From: Zygnema circumcarinatum SAG 698-1b
Lineage: Eukaryota > Plantae > Zygnematophyceae
Assembly (NCBI GenBank): GCA_037447605.1
Contig: CM074804.1
Location: 5,371,909 to 5,435,908 of the forward strand
DNA length: 64,000 nucleotides
Direction: 5' to 3'
Part shown: positions 26,151-39,475 of the stretch, in pieces
How the letters are laid out: each line of letters begins with the position of its first letter
Position numbering within the stretch: the stretch's first letter is position 1
Program-made: the position numbers and the translations under genes
Notes under the pieces: generated by a model
Database searches by the model: none
What the model was told of the DNA's origin: nothing
What the model saw: the letters and a program-made list of their open reading frames with translations, nothing else

Positions 26151-26953
26151 TGTTGGGTGCCGTACGGTACGAACTGCGAAACAGCCGCGTTCTGCATAAT
26201 CGTACGGAAGGCATCCTACCGACGGCGACTCTTTGCGGTTTGGGGCCTGGACGGGAAGGAGGCCACGTCATCAGACGTACGGAAAGCTGCCCGCGGCGGT
26301 TGGACGATGGAAACGTGCGGGAGGGATTTACGGCGAGGGACAGGGAATGTCCGCAGTGATGACGTCATCTGGCGCTGCAAGTGACCTGCCGAGCGTGCCG
26401 ACCGACATAGTCCCCGTACGAATAGTACGAATCCGGCAGGCACTCCCACTTGACAACCGTCAGGCAAGCCGTACGAAGGCTCGGCCGTATGGATCTCTAC
26501 GCATCTGTACGGATAATACGAATGGTACGAACTGTCGGCGACTTTACGGCGCTGCGCGTCGCGTTCGATGTTGGCGCGCGACCGGTCCTCCTGCGGCGTG
26601 ATTCGTCGTGTACGTACATTGGAATAGGCTAGCGGCTGTGACCGGTCGTTGACTTTTGGCAATGTTGGCCACATGGCATTGCGCTATTGGCTAGCCCTGC
26701 TCCCGGTCCCTCACGCTGGTAGAGGGTTCGACGGGGGGAGCGTATAAGGGGCATGGGGCGAATGCAAGAGCATGAAGAGATTCCGCACTTGCAATCATCC
26801 TGGAAACCAGCATTACAGTATTCAAGTGACTTTGTCTGTCTCTGTCTGTCTGTGTTTGTCTTAGTCTGTCTTGTGTCTTAGTCTGTCTTAGTCTTTAGTC
26901 TCTAGCAGGTACTGGGCTTTGTGCTCAAGGCTTGTTACATTTGGTATCAGAGC
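26151..26953 (+). mobile_element. LTR plus tRNA-iMet PBS of an older LTR element (host of the copia at 27079)
   Basis: LTR end GTTACA at 26934-26939 followed by TGGTATCAGAGC at 26942-26953; TATA-like CGTATAAGG near 26745. The 5' boundary (TGTTGG at 26151) is tentative. Confidence 0.55.
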
Positions 26954-27078
26954 CTGCGTGTAGCATGACGCTACAGCTTGACCCGGGAGGCCTATACAGA
27001 GTAATACTATGTCTACCTCCTCGTCCCGGCACCTACCCAAGGGGTATGGTCGCTGGGATACTATGTCGACCATAAAAG

Positions 27079-30000
27079 TGTTAGTGTACATAGTTAGTTT
27101 AGATTAGCATGTTTGTGTTGGCGCTTAGTTCCTAGGGGTGTGCTTCTAGGTGTGACATGTATGGGGACGGACTTACTTCAGCGTGCGCGCGGCGGCGAGA
27201 CCGACCGCGCAACCGTACGGATAATATGGACCGTACGGACCGTACGGTCGGTACGGACAGTACGGCCGGGAGTCCGACATTTGGTACCGCGCCGAGGAAT
27301 CGGTCCTGGCGTACGGAATCGTGGACTGATGCGGCGGCAAAAGGCGGCGAAGTCGGTGGAGTCGGCGGAGCCTACTTTGCGTACGGAAGATAGTCCTTGT
27401 GGGTGACGGCGGGAAGTTCAGCTCGGCGGTAGAGCATATGGCCATCTGCTAGAGCGTGGTGTTGGTAATGCTGCCAGGCTGGGTGTACTATGCATAGCAA
27501 GACACGGCGCAGTTTATTTAGGCTGTTTGAATAAGGTTGTTGCATGCATGGTCTCGCAAGTGTGACGTGACATGGTCACGACACAGCCCCATACTATATA
27601 GTGAGAGTGGGTGTGTAAGTTAGTAACCTTCTTGATATGCATTGCAAGGCTATGGCAGTTTGAGGGCATGGCTTTGGCAAGAGGAGGTGGACCTTTGTGA
27701 GGAGTCTCCGTGTGTGGAGAGCCGCTTCACGGGAAGGTGAAGTGATCATGTGGTGAAAGCTTGACTAGGCTTATGGGGGCTTGAGTTGGAAAGCTTGTCA
27801 TCATAAAGGAGTTTTTAGGCCGAGCTTTCCACGCTTTCTATCTCGTAAGTTGCATGCACGCAGAGTGAAAATGAGTGAGAGGCCGCGGCACCAGGAGGGT
27901 GCTCTTAATGGACAAAGTGAAGAGGGAGCAGCGTGGCGTGAATTTGTTTCATCCCTCCTCGCCTCACAAGTGGTAATGTGAGCCTGGCGGTGAAGAGGAA
28001 ACCGGGGCTAAGCTGGCTGGAATCAATGTCCCTGCATTTGATGGGACAGCACAAGCAATGGAAGTGGCGGCGACTCCCACAGCCGAAGGGAAGGGGCTTC
28101 TGGACGATGTGACTGGGAGGCTGCAGGCGCCGCCGGCTACATCCGTGAGGAGCTTGCAAGGAGGCCCGCTGACAACAGGGCCACCACGCAGACCCATGCA
28201 GTGCGAAGGGACGCCTTCACACATGCTCTTCGACCTCAGCACGTCACACGAGATGTGGAAGTGTTTGGAGGACATGTACGATGCGAAGGACAGCGTCACA
28301 GTGGTGCACCTATACACGGAGCTCGGGAAGATGAAGATGAGCTTGGATGAGAAGTCGACCGACTACATGGGGGCGCTGACGTAAAATTTCATGCAAATCG
28401 CCGCGGTGATGGCAAGGGTCTTGAGTCGACCATAAGATCACTTGTTACGGCTCACGCTGGACGGCACATGCACGCTCTTCGAATCAGCTTCTACCACTTC
28501 TTCTTTGACCTTTGAGCAGGTGAAGAAGCGGATTCGTGAAGAGGACGCTCTTCATGACGCATCCGATGCGAGTGAGAGCGTGTTGGCGATGAAGGGGAAG
28601 CCTTTTGGGAAAGGCAAGGCGAAAGGAGGAGGTGGCGGAGATCGTCCCAAGGGGACATGCTTCACTTGTGGGAAGCCAGGTCACTACTCCAACGAGTGCC
28701 GTTCCGGCAAGGCGGCCCAAGTGAAGGGAGGGGACGCCAAGACGAAGTCGAGCAAGAAGGAGTTCACAGGCGATTGCTTCAAGTTCAAGAAGAATGGTCA
28801 CATGAGCATTGATTGCTGAAGTGCTGCTACTGATACAAACTTGATTTTTGCTGAGAAGGAGCATGTGGAGTTTGTGGGGAGAATGTGTGAAGGACCGAAG
28901 CCGCGGGCTCATTGATTCGGGCGCCGACGCACATGTGTGCGTGATCGGGTTGTTCTACGAGATGAGAGACGCCTTCCGTGCCCTCGCTTCCGGGCCTGGC
29001 CGACCGTGAGGAAGTGAAGGTGACTAACTGAAGCACGCGGGGATCGCCTTAGAGAGAGAGTGAAGGCAGCTACCATGATTGGTAACGTGCTTTATACTCC
29101 CCGGGTTGCGCGACAACTTGTGTCTCTGGTGGGGACAAGTGTGCTTATTGTGGGTTACTCAAATACTTTTTGATAAGCGTAATTGGTGCGGCTAGACATA
29201 AGAAAAACTGAATGTCTTATTTCGGGGGCACCGGAGAGAGGGCCTGTACGTCTTACAGTGGAGTAAGCTTCGAAGAAGAAGGAGAGTCAGTTTTGCTTAT
29301 GACCCAAGATGAGGTGCAGAAGTGGCATAGGAGGCTTGGGCATGTGAGTTTCTCGAAGCCATGCGGAGTTAGTCGTATGCTGTTGGTCCGAGGCTTGACT
29401 TGAGGGCGTTGATCCACGCAGGATTTGGCGTAAGATCGCGAGATTAAAGGGAAGATCCATCGCGGGCCATTCGTGAGAAGAGGAGATGGAGAGGGGCGCG
29501 CCAAGGAGCCGTTGGCGCTTGTGCACACAGACTTGTGTGGCCCCATCACCCCAGCGAGCTTGGGAGGAAGTCGATATTTCATCACTTTCCTTGATGACTA
29601 CTCACGAAAGATTTGGGTGGTGCTCTTGACACAGAAGTCTGACGCTTATCCAGCCTTCAGAGCTTGGAAGATGCGTGCAGAGCGGGAGAGCGGCCATCTA
29701 CTCAAGAACCTCCGTTCAGACAATGGAGGAGAATTCAAGAACAAAAGTTCGAGTATTTGAGGCTTAACCGTTGTGAGTTCTCGCCCATACTCACCGCAGT
29801 AATGGAGTCAGAGAGAGTGAACAGACTCTTGGAGACATGGCAAGGACGATGTTGCATGACTCACCATTTCCTGTGACAGTTTGGGGAGAAGCAGATATGA
29901 CTGCCGCGTATGTGATGAACAGGTGTCCGTCATCGGTCTTGGAGGATCGAGTGCCTGATGAGGTGTGGAGGGGACGGCCCACCGTGGGGACACTTGAGCA

Positions 30001-33000
30001 TTTGATCAGTGCCGGTATGCCATACCCAAGGTCGCGCTGCGGAGGGAAGTTTTTCCCAAGGGGCAAGGAGGGATTCTTTCTTGGATACGCCAGTGATTGC
30101 AGGGCTTACAGGGTGTATAGCCTTGAGACCAAGAAGGTAGAGATCGCCAGGACGCGAGGGTGGATGAGGATGCTTCACACGTCACCTTTACCCACTCATG
30201 GCGGCGTGCTGATGAGTCGTGTCCACTCGGATTCACCTATGAAGGTGAAGTGATTGTGAGTCACCCTGAGCAGGAGAAGGTGCCAGTGGCCACTCAAGCT
30301 CAGACGGAGGAGAGTGCCACGCCCATTCATTCACGACGGCCTGTAGAGTCAGAGAGTGATGATGAGACAAAACCGGTGACCTTTACTCCCTTGGGTTCTC
30401 CACATTGGGGAGACATGCAGGAGTCCGTGGGACCATCGAAGGAGGCATCAGCTACGAAGTCTCAGGAGGAGACCTCCAGTTCACGAGAGGAGGCAGCCAG
30501 CATGCCGCATAAGTTGGTGGCTTCTGCAACTGTCGCAAAATGGGCGTAATGAAGAGTTGCCGGAGGAGATGGCCGGCGAGCCGTAGGGAGGAAGTGTCGC
30601 CTCCAATGCGAGTCAAAGCTACCGGCAGCATCCTCTCGCGGATGGAGAAGACAAGGGGAGGACCAGCGCCTCCAAATCGCTTCAGCCCCATTGCAAGCCT
30701 ACCGGGTTTACGTGAAGAAAGCACGCAAAAGCACGCCTGTGATCATTCTCGCCAGCATCATTTCGTGACATGGACATGATTGCCCATTGTTACATGGCCC
30801 ATGCTGTTGAGCCTCAGACTTACGGGGAAGCTGTTGAGGGGCCAGATCAGATCAAGTGGCAGGAGGCCATTGATAAGTGGAGGTGCGGGAACAAGCCTGA
30901 TTGAGAATCGACTTGGTGCTTTGAGAAGCTCCCACCGGGAGGCGCGTGCCATCGGCCGAAAATGGGTCTTCAAGGTTATGAGGAAGGCGGACGCGATCGC
31001 ATAGGTACAGCGCGCCGAATTTCAGGCCAAGGGCTACAAAATGTGGCGAGGGGATTGACTGCTACCGCAGACCTGCCCTCGGGGTGAAAGTTCAACTCCC
31101 TCCCGCCTCCTCATTTCATTAAGTACCGCAGGATGCATAACTACCCGCTTGACATCAAGATCGCTTTTGTATGGAGATTCGATGAAGAGATATACATGGA
31201 GCAGCCAGAGGGGAAACGCAAGAAGGGAAAGGAGAACCTTGTGTGCAGACTCGTGAAGAGTTTGTATGGGCTAAAGCAGGCCCCTCGCGTGTGGTATGAG
31301 AAGATCGATGAACTCTACGTGGCTATGGGTTTGATCACCGCTTTGGAGACCGACACTTGTGTGTACTCGCTGGCTTAAGATGATGATAAGTTGTTTGTTG
31401 GGGTCTATGTGGATGACACGATCATGATCGACCAAAGTCTCTTAGCGGCATTACTTGAGAGTTGGAAGGAGCTCTTGCGGGAGAATTTCGAGATGGCCGA
31501 TCTTGGAAGCCCGATCTCTTGGGGATCAGTGAAGAGGGGCAGAGATGGTTAAGCTATTCCTTTGTCAAAGGAAGTATGCAGAAGATGTGTTGCGGAAGTT
31601 CAACATGTGGGAGTGCAGGCCATGCACAAGTCCCATGGAGGCTGGAGTTCGCTTCACGAAGGAGATGTCCCCGTCTACAGAGGAGGAGGCAAAGGCAATG
31701 GCAGGAGTGCCATATCGATCTGCGATTGGGAGCCTCATGTATTTGATGACAGGCACGAGGCCTGACCTTGCGAAAGCCGTGAGCACGGCAAGCAGATTCA
31801 TGGAGAACCCCGGCGAGGAGCATTGGGAAGGAGTCAAGCGTATATTTCGGTTTCTGAAGGGAACTGTGGATTATGGCCTCAGGTTTGAGAGGGGGACTCG
31901 CAGCCGAGTCTATGGCTATACAGACGCTGACTGGGGAGGGGATTTGGATTCATCCCGCTCCACATCTGGATACGTTTTCTTGAATGCAGGTGGGGCCATC
32001 ACATGGAATTCACCTTTGCAGCCTTCAAAGGGCTCTCTCCAAAGACCGGGCGTGAGTATATGGCGTTTCGCCACGCAAACTGCAGAGCGTAGACGCGAAC
32101 TTCTTTGGGAGGTGAGCCGGGCCTCAGCCTCCCCTACTACTCTTCACACGACAATCAGTCCTCTATCGGGTTTAATGGGGAATCCGGTGTTCCACAAGCG
32201 AGCAAGCATTCCTGATCCAATACCATTACGTGAGACAGGAGGTGAGAGAAGGACTTGTTAGTATCAAGTTCATTGGAACCGTGAGCAGGCGGTCGGCTAT
32301 GCCGACGGCTGGGCAAATAAGTGGTGAGACCTTGCGATTAATTCGGATCTCATTGGTCAGCCTCAGAACTAAAGTGCCAAAGAGGGGGAATGTTAGGGTA
32401 CATAGTTAGTTTAGATTAGCATGTTTGTGTTGGCGCTTAGTTCCTAGGGGTGTGCTTCTAGGTGTGACATGTATGGGGACGGACTTACTTCAGCGTGCGC
32501 GCGGCGGCGAGACCGACCGCGCAACCGTACGGATAGTATGGACCGTACGGACCGTACGGTCGGTACGGACAGTACGGCCGGGAGTCCGACATTTGGTACC
32601 GCGCCGAGGAATCGGTCCTGGCGTACGGAATCGTGGACTGATGCGGCGGCAAAAGGCGCATGAAGTCGGTGGAGTTCCGCTGAGCCTACTTTATGCATTC
32701 CAAGATAGTCCTCAGGTGACGGCGGAAGTTCAAATTTCTCGCGTAGAGCGTACATAATATCTGGGCTAGAGCTGGTGTTGGTACGCTACAGGTTGGGTGT
32801 ACTTACAGTGCATAGCAAGACAATTTAAGTGAAGTTTATTTAGGTTGTTTGAATAAGGCTGTTGTGATGTGATGGTTCCCATATGTGTGACGACATGGTC
32901 ACGCCACAGCCCCATACTATATAGTGAGAGTGGGTGTGTAAGTTAGTAACCTTCTTGATATGCATTGCAAGGCTATGGCAGTTTGAGGGCATGGCTTTGG

Positions 33001-33308
33001 CAGGAGGTGGACCTTTGTGAGAATTCTCAGTATGGAGACCCCTCGCCGTGAAACGAGAGTGATCATGTGGTGAAAGCTTGACTAGGCTTATGGGGGCTTG
33101 AGTTGGAAAGCTTGTCAACATAAAGCAGTTTAACGCTCTGAGCTTTCTCCTACGTTTATCTATTCCGCCTCTCGTGTGATGTGTATGCACGTGAGTGAAA
33201 AATGAGATTAAGCTGCTGCGGGCCCAGGAGGGAAGCTCCCAGTGGGACAGTGAAGAGGGAGAAAGGGTGGAAGGTGAATTTGCTTCTCATCCCTCTGCCC
33301 CTCTCACA
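27079..33308 (+). mobile_element. Full-length Ty1/copia retrotransposon (copia-A), ORF disrupted
   Basis: LTRs 27079-27968 and 32391-33308 (TG...CA); TSD AAAAG at 27074-27078 and 33309-33313; degenerate PBS at 27971; PPT AAAGAGGGGGAA at 32379-32390; domain order gag-PR-IN-RT-RH. Confidence 0.95.
27990..32330 (+). pseudogene. copia-A gag-pol, frameshifted
   Basis: CFTCGKPGHYSNEC knuckle; LIDSGA-like protease; VHTDLCGP...DDYSRK...RSDNGGEF integrase; KSLYGLKQAPR and YVDD RT; YRSAIGSLMYLMTGTRPDL; GYTDADWGGD RNase H. Confidence 0.9.
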
Positions 33309-34299
33309 AAAAGAGGTCCTCGGCTGGAACCCTCATGTATGCAGGGTTCGGCAGCCGTACGCCTGCCACGCTGAGCATGGTAGGCGTCACGTCGCGGCAT
33401 GCGTGATAGTGAACAGCGTTAGCCGTACACTCCACCGACCGCCTTGGCCATCGTCGTCCTCTTTTGGATTGTACCGGTCGAGCGAGGAGGCGCCGACGCG
33501 TTGCTCTCCCGCCCAATCAGGTCGCGCCACGTCAGCTCATTTGGCTCAAGAATCTCGCCAAACCGACTCAACGGGCTTTTCCGTGGTTGGGCCCCTTCAT
33601 TTGTGTCGGTCCGTCGGAGATCCCGGGTTGGGCCATCATTTCGGAGGGCCCTGACTCTAGTGGGAACGCCCGGCGCTGGCGTTCACACTGGATCGACATT
33701 CGTGCCGCCACGTCAGCGGTTCCTCCCCCCCGCGATGGCTGACCGTTCGCGACCGACAGCGCGGCCTCCTCCGTACCCCCCTGCCATGCCGACTCCTCTT
33801 TGGTCCATTTCACCTCGCCACTTTTTACACTCGGCCAACATTTCGCCAAATGGGCCGCCCGGAGCGCGTCATGCCACCCTCCCCATTGCCGTAATCGTAC
33901 GCTGAAGTTTCTCCATTGATGGCCACCGACTCGCCTACCGCTGCCTCCGGCCCCTCGGGCTATCATTGTTTCTCCTTCCTCTTCTCCTTCATTGCGCTCA
34001 GAGGGGCGTGCCGCTTGTTTTCCCGCATGTGTGCTACGTGATGTAGCGTAGTGGAGCCGTCGACGGATCCGGCTGCCTGTTCGGGCCGTACTTCTGACAT
34101 ATGCCCTTCAAGGTCACGGACCGCATAACCAGAGCCGACGAGAATGCGAAGGCGGCTACCATGTGCTGGCGTCTACCTTAACGACACCATCCAAATAAGG
34201 CGCGCACTGAAAGCGCCGTGAGATACCCTACCATTGTCATTTGTTGACTCATCGGTTGGCTCCACGAAGTCGGCCAGCTCTCTCAAGGCTAATAATCGA

Positions 34300-36640
34300 G
34301 ATTGTCATTAAGACTCCGTGATCTACTATCGCGATAAGTAGATGGATGTCGCGATGCTAGTTTGTCTTTTAGTGCTGGGCTTAGTATTTGTATTTGCTGT
34401 GTGGTTTGTTGTCTTGTTCTTCTTCTTTTTCTGCCTCTTCAGCTCCAGCAACAGATGCTAAGTAAAGAGAGAGAGAGAGAGAGTTCCATTGCATAGAGAG
34501 AAAGAGAAAGAGTCTTCTTGCTGATAGCATTTAGACATCCCATTCAGCCCAGCCAGACAAAGATTTTAGTGAGAAGACACTTTCATTGTAATGACAATCC
34601 CCAGCCAATCGCTCGCTAGGGTGAGTTTCCAAAACACAACCTTTATCTAAGCTGAGTCCTATTTTCCCTTTGCTGTCACTATGCCAAGCTACCATCTTGT
34701 GATATCCTGCCTTACACTCCTCCCAATGACCGATGATAACTAGAAGTCTAGCTGTAAGAGAATAACCGAAGAGAGGTGATTAGTGGGGAAGAGAGCCCCT
34801 GCTGAAGTGTAGCTCTTTAAGATCGAGTCCAAATTTCACAAGGGACATCTTCGGTAGATCCTCACGCCTCGGCCGCTACAAGTACCTCAATCCCCCCGAT
34901 CTCAAGGTTTCATAAGCCGCAGGTACTCCACGGCCCCAATCCAACCCTTCATTAGTTTCAGGACAGATGCACTAGTTGCCGTACAGCACCTTCAGCTAGA
35001 CCAGCAGTCTCCTCTTAACCCCACTTATCTTGGTATCAGAGCTGAAGGTTTGGCAGATCCACGTACCTTGATACGTGAGGCTGCCGATCCTGTGACCCGT
35101 GTCACAGCCGCCATGGATGAAGAGCTGCAGCAAGAGGGACAAACAAATCTTCATGAGGTTTCAGATGAAGACTTGGGACTTCATAAGAAGATCGACATCG
35201 AAATCCAAGCGTGACGGATTCGCACTTATGGAAGCAAGCAGCCGAGAAAGACTAAAGATGGCATCACGTAGTTATAACCCTTATCCCAGCCTTTGGCTTA
35301 CCTTGAGCAGACGAGTCGCATTGAAGAACTCGGCAAAGAACTCCATCTAGCAAATGATGGCTATAGGCGATACGCATCACGCAGATGACTGCTGGGCGCC
35401 TTTGCCCATTGCCGCCACTTACCGCAGATGCCGTGAAGAGAGAGTTCCGCTCGAACTCAGATCCCTCAAGGGCCTAACACCAAAGACGTAACCCACGGAT
35501 TCAAATGGATAACTACCGCACTGTGAGTCCTTCCAAAGACGCTAGCCGCACGCAGCCCCACAAGTAGGTCGTGGGATTCCTTAAGACATACCCTCACCTC
35601 CCGCTGCTTCACAACTTACCCATCCCAGCAGAGCCCCAGCGAAGCCAAGCCAGGCAAGGGCAGATCGACAAGAGGTGACTCCTCCAAATTTCGCGACCAA
35701 CCCCGGCAGAGAAGCACGTTTCAGACCGAGGTTCCCAAAGAAGACGGAAGAGATGATGAAAAACCGGGATACCATGATTCCCTTTAAAGAGTGAGGCGAG
35801 AGATACCACCGGGCATCATCACTAGAGGATTCCTTTGGAAAGCGGGAATCACGAGAAGCCTGGTGAGACATCTTGAGGGAGAAGCGGCATAGCTGAACTT
35901 TGAAAGAAGGACAGTGGATGGCGGCCTTAGGCATTTGAGGAGAGAGAGCTGATCGAGGTGGAAATTTGTCCCGAAAGCGCTTTCGCGGATATAAATCAGC
36001 ACCACGACAAAGGACACATTCAGAGCTTTGAACCATGGCAGATTCCGAATCAATACATGCTAGACGGCAGCTACATAGAGTACTATAGTGATGGCGTTTA
36101 GATAGCTGGCGAAGCGTTTTGTCTGCGCTTGGTTTTAGCAAATCCCTTGAACTGACTTTCTAGAGGTTCTCCAAAGGGTTCCGCAAGGCCATCAAATGAG
36201 AAAGATCTTCACCGATCGTGAGACGCGCGCTACACAACCCACCAGCCAGATGCCCGTGCTTTGTTAGAAAGGGCAGAGCGAATTCGTGAAAGATCAAGAC
36301 AGGCAACCCATGTAACGCATCAATAATTACATGAATGCTATAGATCCACGCCGTGATCGAATGCATCAAAGAATTCTCAAGACCCGAGTCGAAGAAATGA
36401 TGACCCTTACGCCACGCCTTCCGTGAACAAGCCGCCTTTTCTCCCGCACCCCGCCAGACGCCCCGCAGCCCCTGTGGAAATTTTGGCTATAGCCAGCACG
36501 ACCAAGCCCTTCCCCTTCTCCATATCCTCATGATCCTCGGCGCATCCCATTGAAGCCTCGGTAACTTCACATACCCGGCGTTTCGTCTTCGTGCCACCTG
36601 TGGTCCTTATCCCGACGCACAACCGGGCAGGGCGAGGTTT
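34300..36640 (+). mobile_element. Degenerate LTR element: probable LTR, PBS at 35031-35042, decayed gag-like region
   Basis: Perfect TGGTATCAGAGC followed by stop-ridden coding-like sequence; LTR boundaries not resolved. Confidence 0.4.
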
Positions 36641-36909
36641 TGCCGTACGACGGCGACGCCGGATGACGAGGCAGTGTCCTGGGCATGCTGGCTAGCCCGC
36701 GCACCCAATCATAACCCCGAGGTCGCTACCAGGACCATGGACCTCAAGACCTTTCTCGCATCACGCGACATGATGCCCGCGGTATGCATGCGAGACTCTC
36801 CAATGAGAAAGCCCGAAAGGGGAAAGATGGAGCTGCAGGGAGCTCTCCTGCAGAGATCACTTTCATGGACATGCTCCCGGCTGCCCACACACCATCGAGA
36901 ACTCATGCT

Positions 36910-37918
36910 TGTTAGTGTAAAGTAGTTAAGGACTTGTTGTACACTAAGTTGTTGGTACTAAGTTCTAAGGAGGGGCGTGCTCATTATGTCTACATTGTAC
37001 GGTGAACCGTCTAAGTGACCGTACAAGTCTTTAAGGGGTGTGCGTGAAGCGCCATAGAGTCCGACGGCAAGGCAAGGCATTAGAATATGGGGTGGAGCGA
37101 TCAGGTGGAGTGCGATTGTAAGGCGGGACCTTGGATGTATGGACATTGGTGGGTGCGTGGGGTCGGTCTTGACGTGGCGGCGAACAAATCGAAGTGGCGG
37201 CCTTGAATACGTGGCAGCGGGCGAGGCGGCCAGTGCGAATCGGCAATGTCTCATGTGAAGGGCGATGGCGAATGGAGCGCCCGCGTGTCGGGAGTTAATT
37301 GAAGAGCACATGCGGCTGGGTAAATTGGCGCTAAATGAAACTACGGGGTCCCACATGACGCCAAGTAATGAGGAGTCAGATCCTACGATGGAGGACTCGG
37401 ATGGAGATAAGGCTGAGGCGGATCTGACGGCAATGATGTGCTGGATCCGTGCAAGCCTAGGAGGATCCAACGGCGCGAGATTAGGATCGGGATAAGGGTC
37501 TTGCAAGGCGTAGCATGTGCGGCCGTGACGTGACAATGTCACTAATGGCGCCATATTGTATTTAAGGCTTAGATTGTTTGGTAGAAGTTAACCTTCTCGT
37601 GACTCACATTGGGAGTGAGGCTGTCTTGCTTAGGGCCAAGAAGATAGTGGGAAGTGTTCAGCTTGTAGTCGGTGGTTTATTCACGTAGCTTGAGAAGAGG
37701 TGCTTGAAGCTTGGCTCTAGTGTTGTCAAGTTGTATTTCATCTTTATCTTAAGGAGTTTTAGGCTGGTGGCTTTCTCCTTACATTTTCATATTTCCGCTG
37801 AGTTGTTCTCTTGCATTTAGTGTGTTTTGTGTGATTGAGCAATTCATTGAAGATGTCGAGTTCTACCCAAGGTAGAGGAGAAGTGGCAGCCCCACCAAGG
37901 GAGGGCGCTGCAACAACA
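36910..37918 (+). mobile_element. Solo LTR (copia family related to 39476-40256)
   Basis: TGTTAG...CAACA with TSD ATGCT at 36905-36909 and 37919-37923; 3' end matches the LTR end preceding the PBS at 40259. Confidence 0.9.
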
Positions 37919-38297
37919 ATGCTCCCTTTCGCCCGGGACCGCCTCCTTCACCCTCTTATACCATTTTGTAACGTACGCCGATCCATCTGCACCCTATGGA
38001 GTCCCCTTCCTTGACAAACGCATAAGGGACCGAGCCCGATCTGGCTGCCCGCGCCCGCACTGCACAGATTGCCGCAGCATTGCAACCGGCTTGGTCCGAA
38101 TCACCCATCAATTCTGAAGAGGGTGCTCAAGCCCGGATCGCCGAGATTGCAACGGCCTTGCGCAGGCTCCCTGTCAACCAGAGTGATCCTCATTCGCATC
38201 CCCTGCCATTCCTCCCTGCCAATGTCAACGGCGCCAGCTCCTCTGGCACTGCTCCACCAGTCGCCCCCCCTGTCAGGAGAACTTCCGTCCTCCCTCC

Positions 38298-39066
38298 TGT
38301 TAGTGTTAGTGTATTATAGTTAAGCATTACATAGTACACACTAACTTGGTTATGGTACTCAGTCGTGAAAACTACCTAGTATGAGTCGCAATGACGTCAG
38401 CAACTTAAGTTCAGAGGTGCGCGTGTAGCGCGCGCGGGCGGAGTTTGGATGAACGGCCGCGATTGATCGCGGCGCTAACTTGGAGACGCGCGGAGCTAAT
38501 TGGTCGCGGCGCTGACGCGAAGGCGCGTGGTACGGACGCGCGAAGATGATTGGACGCGGCGCGGGNNNNNNNNNNAGGTCGCTATTCTGGAGTGCGCCGC
38601 TTTGCCGAATGCAAGGGCCAGCTATGGCGGCCGTGACGTGACATGTGTGTCACGTCACAGCGCCATATAGTATATAGTGTGTGTTGTGTGTTTGGTAGGT
38701 AATCTAGTCTGTCTCTTATTCTGTGCCAGCTCGTGTTGCTAGGCTGCCTTGCTCGTGTTGTGAGGTAGTGAGTAAGAGAGGATAGGTTCATAAGGTGGGA
38801 AGTGAACTTTCATGTGGGAAGACATTTATTAAGGAGTTTTAGAGCCGTGAGCTTTCTCCTACACTTCTCTCGATTGATTTCCGCTGTGCTTGTCTCTGGT
38901 GTTCATTCTGTGAGTTATGGGCGATGAGTGAATTGAGATAAAGCTTTGAGAGTGATAGAGTGGTAATGTCTTCATCGGTGGGAACACGAGTTCCCGTGGA
39001 GGGCGACACGAGAGGTGGAGCCGGAAGCAGCGAGATGTCCCTTGCTTCAACAAGTGGTATCAGAGC
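38298..39066 (+). mobile_element. copia-H 5' LTR (38298-39052, internal gap) plus PBS (39055-39066)
   Basis: TGTTAG start, CAACA end, TGGTATCAGAGC; the internal region resumes at 60264 after the nested insertion. Confidence 0.8.
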
Positions 39067-39475
39067 CAATGTGTTGGTGCAGGGACTCCTCCACTGCTGC
39101 CGTCCGTTCCTCCATTCGGGTCACCCTCCATCGGAGTTCGCGTTCCAATCGACGATGACATCTTCAAATCTCTCACATTCACTCATAGCCCATTTTACTC
39201 ACAGAGTGAATCACAGCAATAATGCACAGCGGAATAACAGAGAGAAATGAATAGGAGAAAGCTCCTGGCTCTAAAACTCCTTAATAGTGAATTCACTCAT
39301 ACATTGAGAGACCCCCTCTCAAATCGGCCACCCAAGTAATCTCACAGCTCACTACCTCACAGCACGAGTAAGTGTAGTGTCGCAACACGAGCGAACAGCA
39401 TAACAGAGACTACTACAGCCTGAATGAATTGTTACCTCACATAACAAAAGCTAATCCTTAAGTACTATGTCACTT

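Noticed and set aside
27200-27320. CRISPR-like short repeats (CCGTACGG arrays)
   Set aside because: Units are 6-9 bp with irregular spacing inside an LTR in eukaryotic DNA; no repeat-spacer structure or cas genes.
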